The notes: a model not told the origin generated them from the sequence alone. 64,000 nt of DNA from Squalus acanthias (GCA_030390025.1 CM059438.1:60824001-60888000); one strand, 5' to 3'; shown: positions 48,689 through 61,285, counted from the stretch's first letter. Program-made: numbers and translations.

Positions 48689-48811
48689 TATTCGTCCCTG
48701 CAGAGCAGAGCCTCTGCAATGAAGGAACACTACGACGGGCAAATCCGTGAGCTGCAGCGACGAGCCCCCGCGACTAGTGAAGCACCGCCTGCAGGCGACA
48801 CTGCTGAGGAG
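48689..48811 (+). CDS. FKBP15: FKBP15 coding exon (YSSLQSRASAMKEHYDGQIRELQRRAPATSEAPPAGDTAEE)
   Basis: tttcag| and |gtatgg; phase 0-0. Confidence 0.9.
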
Positions 48812-49514
48812 GTATGGAGAGTGAACCATCATTGCCATCACAGTAAAGCAGTGATCGGCGCTCGCGTGTTGTAGCCCAGATATTTGTCACTCTTGTTTTT
48901 AACAGTATTTCTGCCCTTTGCATCTCCATACACCAATCCTAGCCAAGTTCCTGGAACTTTGGTACTATGCTGCCAGCCACTGGGAGGTGTGAGTGTAGCC
49001 TAGTGATTGCTGTCACTTTGCTTTAACCCTCCCTGAGAGAGAAGTGCTTGGCCTATCGTCATTGAGAGTTGGGACACTTGGTGAGAGAGCACTATGGCTG
49101 CAAACCCAGGTCTGACTGCTCCGTGATGTTGTTCAAGGCTCCACTGAGCTTAACGGTGAATGTTGGTCCTCTAGGTTGGTCGGACTTTGGCTGCCTCACA
49201 GAGACCTGATATCCTCAGTGCAGCAGTCACCATAGACGTGTTTGTCTGATACTGTCCCTGGATTACTTGCAGTGTGCACCTTCATGCAGATTCTGTGACC
49301 GTTAAACTGGAAGCGTGCAACATCTGGTTCGAGCAATCTCTTGCAGGTGCTTGGTCGGATAAGTTTCAGGTGGGATGTTCCTCTAATCTGCAAATCGGGC
49401 CCTTCATTTCTTCAGTTGGTGAAGGGATGTGTGGAGCGGTGTCTGTCTAATGTGTTTACTCAGCACGTCACATGGGTGCAACTGAAGAATGTTGCTCAAA
49501 AAATATTTTCTCCC

Positions 49515-49583
49515 CTTTCCTCCCCCCGCCCCCCATACTCCTTTCTCTCTCCCCCCCCCCACACCCCATACTCCCTTTTCTCT

Positions 49584-49662
<79 letters not shown>

Positions 49663-49908
49663 CCCCCCCCCCCCCCCCCCACACCCCATACTCCTTTCTC
49701 TCTCCCCCCCCCCCCCCCCCACACCCCATACTCCTTTCTCTCTCCCCCCCCCCCCACACCCCATACTCCTTTCTCTCTCCCCCCCCCCCCCACACCCCAT
49801 ACTCCTTTCTCTCTCCCCCCCCCCCCCCCCACACCCCACACTCCTTTCTCTCCCTCCCCCCCCCCCCCCCCCCCCCCACACCCCATACTCCTTTCTCTCT
49901 CCCCTCTC
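49515..49908. repeat. C-rich compound minisatellite (CACACCCCATACTCCTTTCTCTCT+Cn) with (CT)n
   Basis: Directly visible tandem units. Confidence 0.92.
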
Positions 49909-50254
49909 CATGAAAGGGCTTTGCATAAAGGGAGTGTGGGGCAGTCCCAACCCACTTGTTGGTGGTTGCAAGTCTCTAGTACAAAACTGTCTGCAACCTG
50001 TTACCCAGAAACTACAGCAAACTTCACACTGCTCTGTAGTAAGCGGTGCTCTTCTGAGCATCTTATTGGGGCACTGTAGAGAGACCTTTTACGTTGAATC
50101 TAACCTGTGCTGCACCTGACCCGAGAGTGCTCGATGGTGATATTGGTAATGACGGCAAGTGTCACTTTCCCAGTGGTTCTGTCCTTCATCTTCGTGAAAA
50201 ATCAGCCTCAAAACCTGTGTGTAATAAGCTGCAGGATGACTAATCTTCTTGCAG

Positions 50255-50362
50255 GTGAAGAAAATCATGAACGGCGTGTTTCAGTCATTGCGAGGAGAGT
50301 TTGACCTGGACGAAACGTACAGTGGCAGAGCAGTCCTCGGCGTCATTGTGAACACCATCAAG
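50255..50362 (+). CDS. FKBP15: FKBP15 coding exon (VKKIMNGVFQSLRGEFDLDETYSGRAVLGVIVNTIK)
   Basis: ttgcag| and |gtacag; highly conserved. Confidence 0.97.
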
Positions 50363-50656
50363 GTACAGACTTTGTATCCGGCCGGCACCAAGGAGTTGAG
50401 GGTTGGGCTTGCTTTGTGTACCTGATGCCTGTGATTAAAACCCACTGTCCAGACCTGGATTTAATCTTTTTGATGTAATCCTTTCCTTTGCTTATTCCCT
50501 TCGGATTTCAAAATAAACATTGTGTACAAGTATAGTTAATATACAAGATGCTCAGCTGTCCTCGGTGGAGGCTCACTGTCGCTGTGCCTCCTCCTGCAAG
50601 GGTGGATTTGGAGCTTGGTCTCTTTCTTTCTCTCACTGTGTGGGCAGCACATACAC

Positions 50657-50945
50657 AACAACAACCTGTATTTATATAGCGCCTTTAACGTAGTAAAATG
50701 TTCTGAGGCACTTCACAGGAGCATTGTCAGACAAAGGTCGACACCGAGCCGCATAAAGAGATCTTGGGACAGGCTTGGTCAAAGAGTTAGGTTTTAAGGA
50801 GTGTTTTAAAGGAGGAGAGAGAGGCAGAGTTTTTTAGAGAGGGAATTCCAGAGCTTGGGGCCTAGGCAACTGAAGGCATGGCCACCAGTGGTGGAGTGAA
50901 GGAAATGGGGGATGAGCAAGAGGCCAGAATTGGAGGCCGCAGAGT
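50657..50945 (-). mobile_element. L2-clade LINE 3' end
   Basis: Same tail family as 9386-9760. Confidence 0.75.
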
Positions 50946-51479
50946 TTCTCCACCAGGTTTGATGATGTGCAGCTCCCTGCCACACCTCGACATCATCTGC
51001 AAACGGTGGGAATTTACTGAGTCCCACACAATGTCCCCCCGGCCCATTCACAGTTTCGCGCAGAAATTTAACATGGGAAAAGCCAGTCCCGGGCGGCACA
51101 TAATGTGCCTGCATTTTACTGAGGGGAGGGGTTGGAGAAATGTAGTATTTGCCAATCTGCGCTGACTGGAGCCCATCCTTTGTATCTCGACACCAAAAAA
51201 ACCTTGCCTTTACCACGAGCGCTGCTGTCTCGTCCTTTCAGAAGGTACAAATCCTGTTGAGGGGAAGGGGCTCACGGGAAGGAAATGCAAAAACACGTTA
51301 AAAGGGTGATCAGAGGAGCAAAGATGGATGCAGAAAAAAGCATAGCAATAGAGGCTAAACATAAGAGCAAGCATTCTTTCAGTACTACAACAGTCCGGGG
51401 CAGTCAGAACAGGTGAAAACCATACAAGGTGCAAAATGGCTTGAAACTGAGGATGAGCACAAGATAGGAAACACTCTGG

Positions 51480-52830
51480 TTACTTCCTCTAAGTATTCGC
51501 AAGGCAAGACATGCAACAAACCAGGACAGTCAGTGACTCCGATATAAATGAGATGAAAATCTTTAACCGGCTAAAACGGCTCAAATCAAATAAATCCCCA
51601 GAGAAAGATGGTATTCATCCCAGAGTGCTGAGAGGGATAAGGGAGGAGATTTGCGAGGCACTGACTGCTGTTATGAGGGAGTCTTTGGGCATTGGGGATG
51701 TGCCAGTAGATTGGAAAGAGGCTAATTGGGTGGCATATTCAAAAAGGACAAAACTGACATGGGCCACTCCAGTCCCATTAGTCTTCCATTCCGTGTAAAA
51801 GTAATGCAATTGATTATCAGAAGTAAACTTCAGCATTATTTAAAATCTAGCAAACAGCAGGCAGCATGGATTTAGAAGGGAACATTCCTGTCTGAGTAAC
51901 TTCTATGAGGAAGTGGCATTCGAAGTAAACTGCGGAAAGCCTTATGACCTGGTGTACTTCGACTTCTGACCAAGAGTTCCACATGACAGGATATTACCCA
52001 CATTCAAAGCTGTAGGAGTTCAGGGTAAACCTTGGGAGTGAATAAGAAATTGGCTGATGGGTAGAAAATAACATGTACTCTGGTTACCTCCATAGTGGGG
52101 CAAGTACGGAGTGGCCCCAGAGCTCAGTGTTTCTAATTTATACACATGACCTGGATTCAGAAACCCAATGCAAACTAGTAGGGGCAGGGGAATTGGAAGA
52201 GGCAGCTCAGAAATTACAGAATGAGCTGGACAAAATAAGGAAGTGGGCAAAATAAGGAAGTGGGCGGAACGATAGCCAGTGAAACTTGAGGCAGACAAGA
52301 GTAAAGTACTAAGCAACACGCGTACTCAATGAATGGTGCTGAAAGAGACCTAGGAGTCTTAGTAGACTCAATGTGTCCAACCAATGCACAGCAGCAATCC
52401 AAGCCAATAGGATGTTGAAAATCATTGCTAAATACTAATGTCAGAGAGGAAGTCGTGCGCTCTGCTCAGGCCAGACCTCGAGTACTGTGTCTATTTCTGG
52501 TGGCCGAGACACGAGGGAGACATTCAGCTGCTGGAGGCAGTGCAGGGAAGGGCCACGAGGCTGATCCACTATGTCGGATCCAAGTGATGAGGAAAGACCG
52601 GAGAGATGTGCTTTTCAGCCTGGACAGGAGGTGTTTGGCAGGTGGTCTTATAGAAGTATAACAGATAGTTAAGGGAATGGTAAGGTAAATTGGGAATAAA
52701 TTAAATTGTAGGACAAGAAGGCGCAGGTTCAAACTACTAAATTTTAGGACTGATTCTTCCTCCTGCACAGTAATCGCGAATGGAATAGACTTCTAACAAT
52801 TGTTGTGGAATGAAAATACTGGGATCTTTT
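51480..52830 (+). mobile_element. Old, decayed CR1 LINE RT region
   Basis: LKSNKSPEKDGIHPRVLR...GDVPVDWKEAN and QHGF remnants with many stops. Confidence 0.8.
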
Positions 52831-53656
52831 AAACAATTACCCCCCACCCGAGCAAATAGATCTGATCACATTTACCCGCCCGGTTCCCACATCCTTTTTA
52901 AACCCTTTTCCTTCATTCCCCCCCCCCCCCCCCCCCCCCCCCCCCCATCCAATCTAATCTTGAATGTAGACATAGTTTCTGCCTCAGCCATTAACCGTGG
53001 AAGTGGATTCTACAGCCTCGCAACTGTGTGAAGAAGTTTCTCCTGCTCTGTTCTAAATCACTTGTATTTATGGCTCCTTGGTTCTTGAGGATTTGACTAC
53101 GTGGGAACAGTGTGCTTCTACCTACCCTGTCCCATCCTTTCATAATTTTAAAGACTTCTATTATATCGCCCCATAACTGTAACGACTTTAGGAAATTTCT
53201 GGGTGAATTAAGATGGGCCACCTCCCAAAAAAAAATGGTTGGCTTGTGCTGGGGTTTGGTTCCACAGTCACCCAGGTGACCCATCATCTAGGAGGTTTGA
53301 CAATGTCAGCAGGCTGTTGTAGTTGGTGCATCACGCCACAACCCAGTGCTGTCCTCGCCCAATCTCCATACATACACACTGATCATTGGATTGAGATTGG
53401 GCCTGCCCCATCCCACCTAACCTGGGAGTACTGGGCCATTTGTATGCCCCTACTGCTGCCCCAGCTGTAATAGCTAACTCTGCATAGACCAGGGGTCGAA
53501 CATGGGACTTTGTTGGCCTGAGTGGCTCAGCAGTGCATTGGAAAACTGGCAAAGCCATTGGGTGATCCCATGGTCGTCCTTTAAGAGCCTAGACAGTGCG
53601 TCGGCAAGTAATTGAGCTCCGGGGCATTGCAATCGAGTCTGATCTTGCAAGGCATC

Positions 53657-53660
<4 letters not shown>

Positions 53661-53698
<38 letters not shown>
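53661..53698. repeat. (CA)n microsatellite
   Basis: Directly visible. Confidence 0.97.
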
Positions 53699-53701
<3 letters not shown>

Positions 53702-53871
53702 TATTGGCACTCAACTGAGATCAACTAATTCAGCACAGACTGGGGGAATAAAACTTGCATGGATCAGTTCCACACTGGACAATGCACCTTCTAACTGATC
53801 CATCGAGGAACCCAGTAGTAACTTTTTTATGCCTGGTTTTACAGTGATCTTGTCTTACTCTTTCCTGACAG

Positions 53872-54746
53872 GTTGTTACCCTACAGCTCTTGAGAAGTGG
53901 CCAAGATCAGCCAATCATGAAGAGTGATGAGGATGAAGAATCTGAGGAGGAGGAGACTGAGGAACGAGCAGCTCCTCCAATCGAGAGTAGAAGCGTTAAG
54001 GTGGATACCGATATTACAGAACATCCAAGGAGTGCAGCGTTGGATGAGGAGCGTCCCACAGCATCTGAAGCTGATCGGTTAAATGACGTGACTTTATCAC
54101 CTGGTCACTCTCAGGAGGTGGTCGAGCTTGAACCAGACCACGCTGAGGTCGGAGGTTCAGAATCAACGCAGCCGAAGTTGGAGCAGCCGGAGGCAGCTCT
54201 GACCCCTGCTCCAAACATTCCCACTCTTGCACCAAGTCCACCTGCAGCAGATGGTCCAGAGAGCACGGCAGGGAACTCAGGAAAACAGACAGGTGAGGGA
54301 GAGGCTGAGAAGGAAGTGGAGCCGCCTCTGTCTGACCCAGAAAGTGAAAGACCCCATCAACAAGCAGCGGTCCAAGAGCGTGAAAGGACATCGGAGAAGA
54401 GTCTTAACCCGTTGGGCGGGGCTCAGCGCTGTGAGTCGGGCAACGCCTCGGTTCCAAACAGTTTAGCTGGTGAAAGACCGGAAGAGCAGTCTCAAACACA
54501 CAGCAGTGGAAGTGGGGATAACACCGCTGCAATTCAGGAGGGGGCTTGGCCTTCCGACGCCCTGCAGGGGACAGTCCCAGCTCTCGATGTGAACAAAGAG
54601 AGCTCCGAGGGTCCTGTGTTTCATCCAAATGAGGCTCCCTCAGAGCTGGATACGTTGCACGTGACAGAACATGGCTCCAATGGCATGACAGCAACTCCAG
54701 AACCCAAATCCAACTCCAAACCCGTCTCCTCGGCAAACACCTCCAG
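53872..54746 (+). CDS. FKBP15: FKBP15 large coding exon (VVTLQLLRSGQDQ...ANTS), acidic Pro/Glu/Ser-rich disordered region
   Basis: gacag| and |gtaaat; 875 nt open frame (ORF 53890-54750); begins VTLQLL as in human. Confidence 0.93.
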
Positions 54747-55194
54747 GTAAATAGCACTTCAATCAAGGCAATTGCAGGGTTTATGGGTTTCCCAGACTCT
54801 GGTGTCCTTGGAAATGGAAAATAAGGGATAGTTGGATCACAAAGAACTCTGATGGTTCAATTTGCCCATGTGGGAGTGAAATGTTGGAGTCTGGTTAGAT
54901 TCAGTCAGAAAGCCTTCATCCTGTTCCATGACTATGTAAGAGCCCCTATGAGGTAACCAGTCTTTAAGGAGAAGAAGTTGCACCCATTTTTTAAATATTT
55001 CAAATATCTGTTGGGTTTGGCTTTAGCTGTTCACTGAGTGTTTGTGTTCAGTGTTCCAGGTGTTGCTCCCCTCAGGATGTGGCCTCCTGCCCCTTGCTGT
55101 GCCTTCAAGACGGGTGCCATGTGTAAAATGCGCGTTTATCGTTTCACCAGTTCATTCGTAAACCCAGTCCTCTGCAGAGCATGGGATTTTTTTC

Positions 55195-55685
55195 CCCCGT
55201 TAGACTATGACAGACATAATTGGCAAAAGAGCCAGGGGGCGATGAGAACATTTTTCCACAGCAAGTTAAGATCTGGAATGCACTGCCTGAAAGGGTGGTG
55301 GAACCAGATTCAGCAGTAACTGGAAATCTGGAACTTTCTCTCCCAAAAAGCTGTTGAGGCTGGGGGGTCAATTGAAAATTTCAAAAACTGAGATTGATAG
55401 ATTTTTGTTACACAAGGATATTGAGGTTTACGGAACCATGGCGGGTCGATAGAGATAAGATACAGATCAACCATGATTTAATTGAATGGCGGAACTTGCT
55501 CGAGCGACTGAATGGTATACTCCTGTTCCTATGTTAACTTTCTAAAAGGAATTGGATGTATACTTGAAAATAACAAATTTGCAAGGCTATGGGAAAGAGC
55601 AGGGCTAATTGGATAGCTCTTTCAAAGAGCCAGCACAGGCATGATGGAGCGAATGGCCTTCCTCTGCTGCTGCATGATTCTATGT
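55195..55685 (+). mobile_element. Two interleaved CR1 3' tails
   Basis: One tail (similar to 36240-36465) appears inserted within another (similar to 37600-37850). Confidence 0.65.
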
Positions 55686-55870
55686 GCTCGCTCTTGCCCT
55701 CTCTCTGGTTTTTATCCAATCGTTGGTTCTCCTGCCTTGTGCATATTGTGTGTTTGCATGGGTTGGTTGGGTAGCTTGTTTCCATACTGGTGCCACTTCC
55801 CAATAACTCTTGGGGGAAATCACAACTGCTTGTGGGGTGGGGAGATGTGTTTACCTCTCTCCTCTTCGCC

Positions 55871-55901
<31 letters not shown>

Positions 55902-56261
55902 GCTCCCTGGCCAGGAGAGCTGCTCAATACTGAGGAATCTGAGCCATTGTCCCACTGTAGTGAAGGAACCAAGGTTGTATCAACCCTATTGAGAGTTGGG
56001 GATTTTTATTGTCACCCTGAAGGAGTCCCTGATCACAAGTGCCTGTTACCCACACAGGGACACGGACATGATTCAGCTGTCCATCAAACCACGTCACGTT
56101 TTGTGTCTCCTCTCGACTGCGTTCTGCATGGTTAACCGCTCGCTCACCTCACCTCATTTCCAGACCGCCTGAGGACATCCCAAAGTCTCATTTGATTACC
56201 ATGAGGACCTGTGTACCATTAGGAAGCAGTATTGACTGTTGAGCCCAGGTCAAATCCTCGT

Positions 56262-56612
56262 GTTCAAATCCCTCCATGCTCTCGCCGCTCCCTATCTCTG
56301 TACCCTACACCCCTCCGAGGTCTCTGCACTCCTCCAATTCTGGCCTCTTGTGCATCCACCATTTCCTTCGCCCCACTATTGGCGGTCGTGCCTTCAGCTG
56401 CTGAGGCCCTAAGCTCTGGAATTCCCTTCCTAAGCCTCTCCGCCTCTCCCTTTCTCCTTTTTAAGAAGCTTCTTAAAACCTACCTCTTTGATCAAGCCTT
56501 TGGTCACCTGTCCTTACATGGCTCGGTGTCAAATTTTGTCTGAAAACGCTCCTGTGAAGCGCCTTGGAATGGTTTTACCACGTTAAAGGCGCTAAATAAA
56601 TGCAGGTTGTTG
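56262..56612 (+). mobile_element. L2-clade LINE 3' end
   Basis: Similar to 9386-9760. Confidence 0.78.
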
Positions 56613-56904
56613 CCATGTGTGCGCCTGCATGCTGATAGTGAACACTTTCAGGGACTAGCATCAGTATTAGCCACTCGGGACCTCAGGAACAGAGGGCACA
56701 ATTTAACCTTCAAGATGGGACTTGTTTACTTTATCCAAAAACACACTTTCTCGTCTCCTTGGTTAGATGTCCTGTAGCCTTATGGGTGCCCCCTTGTCTC
56801 CACTCCTGCTGTGAGCTGGTCACTGCGGGTGTGTACTGGGGAAGTCTCCTAATAAAACTTGGGGTCACACTAATATTTCTGTGCCCGATGCCTAGGGTGT
56901 CAAC

Positions 56905-57358
56905 TATGGATCAGTGGGTAGCACACACTCACCTCCTGGGTCAGAAAGTTATGGGTTCACAGTCCCCACTCCAGAGACTTGAACACAAAATCCAGGCTGA
57001 CTCTCCAGTGCAGTACTGAGGGAGCGCTGCACTGTCTGAGGTGCCGTCTTTCAGATGAGACGTTCGACCGAAACCCCGTCTGCTCTCTCCGAAGGATGTA
57101 AAAGATCCCATGGCACACTTTGAAGAAGAGCAGGGGAGTTCTCCCCGGTGTCCTGGCCAATATTTATCCCTCAACTAACATCACTAAAACAGATTATCTG
57201 GTCATTATCACTTGTCGTTTGTGGGAACTTGCTGTGTGCAAATTGGCTGCCGCGTTTCCTACATTACAACAGTGACTACACTTCCAAAGTACTTCATTGG
57301 CTGTAAAGCACTTTGGGACATCCTGAGGTCGTGAAAGGCGCTATAGAAATGCAAGTTC
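56905..57358 (+). mobile_element. Deu-domain SINE (SacSINE1-like), near full length
   Basis: tRNA-like head (GGATCAGTGG...GGGTTCACAGTCCC), Deu-like core and GAAAGGCGCTATAGAAATGCAAGT tail. Confidence 0.8.
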
Positions 57359-57787
57359 TTTTTTTCCTTTTTCTATGTCCTGGTGCCTGTTGCTTTATTT
57401 TGCCACTGCTTATATTTAGTAGGTTTGGGGTTTTGCAATTAGCCTGAAATATCCTGGGCAGGAGAGGAGGAGAAAAACAGCCAGGGTTCCCCGCTCCTGT
57501 TCTCCATCCAATGGCTCCTGCTGGATAGTCCATGTGTGGGGGGCAGGGCAGAGCGGGCTTGACTAGCATTCTGCCGCCCCCAGTTGAATAGCCTGCTGGC
57601 ACTTGCTACCTCGACCTGCAGATGAAGGTGAACACTTGGGGGCTGCCAGTTTGTGAAGAAGTTTACCCCTGTGCTCGTCACCTTCAGGGGAGGGGAGGAT
57701 ATTAAAATAAACATGTAGATCGCCATTCAAAATGAATGACTGGAGCCTTTGAAAGAAAATGCTGACCCTGTGACCTTTTACCTTTAG

Positions 57788-57902
57788 CCTTTTCAGTGAT
57801 GACGATGACGAGGGCTTGTTCAAATCGGTGACTCCGAAAATGGGGAAGATAGTGAAACCCTTGGCCAAGAAGGAGGAGGAAGAGGAGGATGACGAGGAAG
57901 TG
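57788..57902 (+). CDS. FKBP15: FKBP15 penultimate coding exon (LFSDDDDEGLFKSVTPK...EEEEEDDEEV)
   Basis: ctttag| and |gtaaga; an in-frame alternative acceptor starts at 57797. Confidence 0.92.
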
Positions 57903-57974
57903 GTAAGAAAGTGAATGGATTGCTGCGGCAGTGAGGCAGAACGAGGGCAGTGTTGCCACGGTAATGTTGAATCA

Positions 57975-58370
57975 TATAAAGGGGTGGGGAACTGGGGATC
58001 GATAGTATAAAGGGGTGGGGAACTGGGGTCTGATAGTATAAAGGGGGTGGGGAACTGGGGTCCGATAGTATAAAGGGGTGGGGAACTGGGGTCTGATAGT
58101 ATAAAGGGGTGGGGAACTGGGGTCTGATAGTATAAAGGGGGTGGGGAACTGGGGTGTGATAGTATAAAGGGGGTGGGGAACTGGGGTCCGATAGTATAAA
58201 GGGGGTGGGGAACTGGGGATCGATAGTATAAAGAGGGTGGGGAACTGGGGTCCGATAGTATAAAGGGGGTGGGGAACTGGGGATCGATAGTATAAAGAGG
58301 GTGGGGAACTGGGGTCTGATAGTATAAAGGGGGTGGGGAACTGGGGATCGATAGTAAAAAGGGGGTGGGG
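57975..58370. repeat. G-rich 31-32 bp minisatellite, about 13 copies (GATAGTATAAAGGGGGTGGGGAACTGGGGTCY)
   Basis: Directly visible in the last FKBP15 intron. Confidence 0.97.
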
Positions 58371-58612
58371 TAAATAACTTGGGTTAAACAGGGTTGGCCA
58401 TCGGGGACCTGAAGTGTGATTCCTGGTCTAATCTGACCTCAGTCCTGCTACCCTTTTAACAGCAGCGACTGTGAATCGAGTACCTGTGGAATCGAGACCC
58501 CTTTCCTTTCCTTTGTCTTGCCCCGGGATCTTTCTTGCGCTGCTCAGAAACGGTGATGCCGGTGAGGTCAGTGTGCCGTTTGTCACTCCGCACCCCTCTC
58601 TCTTTCACTCAG

Positions 58613-58705
58613 AGTATGAAGGGCTGCCCACCGCCAGCGCCACTCTTTGGGGACGAGGACGACGAAGATGACTTTGACTGGCTTGGAGGAGGTCGCCTCT
58701 GTTGA
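58613..58705 (+). CDS. FKBP15: FKBP15 last coding exon (SMKGCPPPAPLFGDEDDEDDFDWLGGGRLC*)
   Basis: ctcag| acceptor; matches the human C-terminus SMKGRPPPTPLFGDDDDDDDIDWLG; TGA at 58703-58705. Confidence 0.96.
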   Translation, partial: SMKGCPPPAPLFGDEDDEDDFDWLGGGRLC

Positions 58706-59232
58706 CGATGTGCAGTTACTGAGGAGATGGAGCTGGTTCGCGAGGGAGCCAGGACGGACCCTACACCTGTCTGGGAAACGCAGTGCTTTTTCTGCAATGT
58801 GTATCCCTGAGGAACGTCACATTCCGAGATTCTCTTAGTGTTTGTAACCTACTGGTCACAGCCTCCTGGCGTGAGGCTATGTCCCCAATCAGCACAGAAT
58901 GAAACTGTGGATGAAAGTGCACTGCCTCTGAACAGCACTGGTATTGTTCCTGAGCAGTATATGGCTCTGTCGCACTCTGATTTTTCTTTTTAATCCCTGC
59001 TGAATTTCAATACATTTTTACTGCTGATGTAGCCAGGACTGTTGACGGCTGTTGGGCAGTCCAAATAACACTGGGCAAGTAGTGACTGTTTAATAATTCT
59101 GTTGTTGTGCCTGCCACAGTTTGATTGTGAATCCAGTTTTCATCATGTTGAATTGTTTGTGAGTGGTGCTCCTACAGCGAACGGAACATTGTCCTCGTTC
59201 TGTGTGTTGGGTCCAGCACAGGTTTGGTCCAA

Positions 59233-59238
59233 AATAAA
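59233..59238 (+). terminator. Probable FKBP15 polyadenylation signal AATAAA
   Basis: First AATAAA I found after the stop, about 530 nt downstream; repeat fragments resume shortly afterwards. Confidence 0.6.
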
Positions 59239-60584
59239 GTTCTCTCTGTGCCTTAACCTCCAATCAGTTGGCGCCCGACATGTCCATTTCCAACACCGTT
59301 CTTTGATGCAGCCTGCATGGGTGGGATTCATCGGTGGCCGTGCCTTTAGCTGCGAAGGCCCTAAGCTCTGGAATTCCCTCCCTAAATCTGGGTCGGGGGG
59401 GGGGGCAACCGGCCCGGGTCAGGGGGCAACCGGCCCGGTCGAGAGAATCCTCGTGCTGATTCTGTTGCATTTCACTCGGTAACTCTTGACAGCATTGCTC
59501 AGGCAGGAGCTAAATGTAGGAGGAATGAAGCCCACAAGCCGCCATCCTGTTGTTCTTCCTCCTGTACTGTGCTTGTTTTGTAGACACAAGAACACTGGCC
59601 ACAGGTAACCGTGTATCACATGGGTGGGCAGTTTGTGTAGTCGTCTCGGAGAGTGAGCTGTATCACCGGCTGTACAATGGTCCAACATCTGAGTTCGGAA
59701 CTTGGTATTGGCAATTAGCGAGACCATTTGAAATGAGCAATTTAAACCCAAGTTTCCACTGAGCAGCCCAGAATGCCGCCGCCCCTGGCCAATCTTACAG
59801 CACTAGTATCATTCTATTCTGTTTTCTACCTCTTTCCCTTGGTCCCTGGGCTTTCTGACTCCCCTTGCCTAAGGGAAGCTGTCAGTCTACTTAGCATTTT
59901 CCTTGGCAAGCCAGGTGAAATTGTAAACTCCTTACAAGTTAAGTGAGGACCTGAAGCGCGCTCCCAGTCTCTGGGGTGACGTGACATGGAGCAAGAGACC
60001 AGCATCCTTCATACTTCACACACAGGATTACCAACCTTCTGCAAGTGTCTTCATGCAGGCTCGTTATGAATTAGTAACACTTGTGTTTGAAGCTTTAAGG
60101 TTTGCTAATTGCGTACAGTGCACATTTAAAACTGTCAGATTCTCAACCATTACATGTATTTTTTTTCTCGTCTGGAGTGCGGACCCGTGGGGGCCGGGAC
60201 CCCCCCCCCCCCCCCCCCCCCTGTGTTTGCCCACGTGGCCATTGTTCATGAATGAGCATAGAGTGCGAGACTGGCAGGCTCTTCGGTCAGGAGTACACCA
60301 GCCGAGCCCAATTCTGTTGCTCACCTCTCATCCACACAGACCATTTTCCACCAGGTGTCATTTGATGATCAGGAACGGAAACCCTGGCTGATTTCCCTTT
60401 GCCCTTAACCCTGGGCTGCTGAGGCCAATTACTCTGCCCCTTGCGCTACCCTGGCTGATATCGGCTAGCTCAGCACAGGCCAGAGATCAAACCTGGGACT
60501 TTATTTTTGGTCTATTTGGCTTGGCTACTCACTGGATTAAACTTGCTGAGCCAGCGGGCATTCCCCTTACCACAGGATAGAACC

Positions 60585-61285
60585 ATAGAATCACACAGCA
60601 TTGAAGGAGGTCATTCGGCCCATCGTGCCTGTGCTGGCTCTTTGAAAGAGCTCTCCAATCAGTCCCACTCCCCCCTGCTCTTTCCCCAGAGCCCTGCAAA
60701 TCATTCCCCTTCAAGTGTTTAACTTCCAAAAGGGAATTGGATACTGTTGAATCTGCTTTCACCACTGTTCAGGCAGTGCATTCCAGATCATAAATCACTG
60801 CAATTTTTTTTAAAATTCGCCTCTGGTTCTTTTGCCAGTTACCTTAAATCTGTGTCCTCTGCTTACCAACACTTCTGCCCCTGCAACAGTTTCTCCTTAA
60901 AAACCCTTGATGATTTTGAACACCTCTATTAAATTTCCCCTTAACCTTCTGTGCTCCAAGGAGAACAACAACCTGTTTCTCTAATCTCTGCATGTAACTG
61001 AAGTCCCTCATCCCTGGTACCATTGTAGTAAACCTCTGAACCCTCTCCAAGGCCTTGATATCTTTGCTAAAGTGGGGAGCCCAGAATTGGCCACAATACT
61101 CCAGCTGGGGCCTAATCAGTGATTTATAAAGTTTTAGCATAACTTCCTTACTTTTGTACTCTGCCTCTCTTCAGAAAGCCAAGGATCCCGTATGCTTTTT
61201 TTTAAAAAACTGCCTTCTCAATTTGTCCTGCTACCTTCAATGACTTGTGTAAGTACACCCCTAGGGGTCTTCCTTTTAAAATTGT
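60585..61285 (-). mobile_element. CR1 LINE 3' fragment
   Basis: LYKSLIRPQLEYCGQFWAPHFSKDIKALERVQR. Confidence 0.85.

Larger units (their letters stand above)
4731..58705 (+). other. FKBP15: FKBP15 gene span (coding exon 2 to stop codon; exon 1 is upstream of the window)
   Basis: The spliced translation follows the recalled FKBP15 sequence throughout (AKLASLFG, FYDDQRQNWSIM, KLISRMAKMGQPM, MTEARQHNTEIR, VKKIMNGVFQSLR, PLFGDEDDEDDFDWLG). Exon phases close to one open frame. Confidence 0.97.

Noticed and set aside
49341..50119. Several 127-215 aa Pro/Gly/Arg-rich ORFs
   Set aside because: Translations of low-complexity C/CT repeats.
57975..58370. CRISPR-like array
   Set aside because: Head-to-tail tandem units with no unique spacers, no cas genes, and located in a vertebrate intron.
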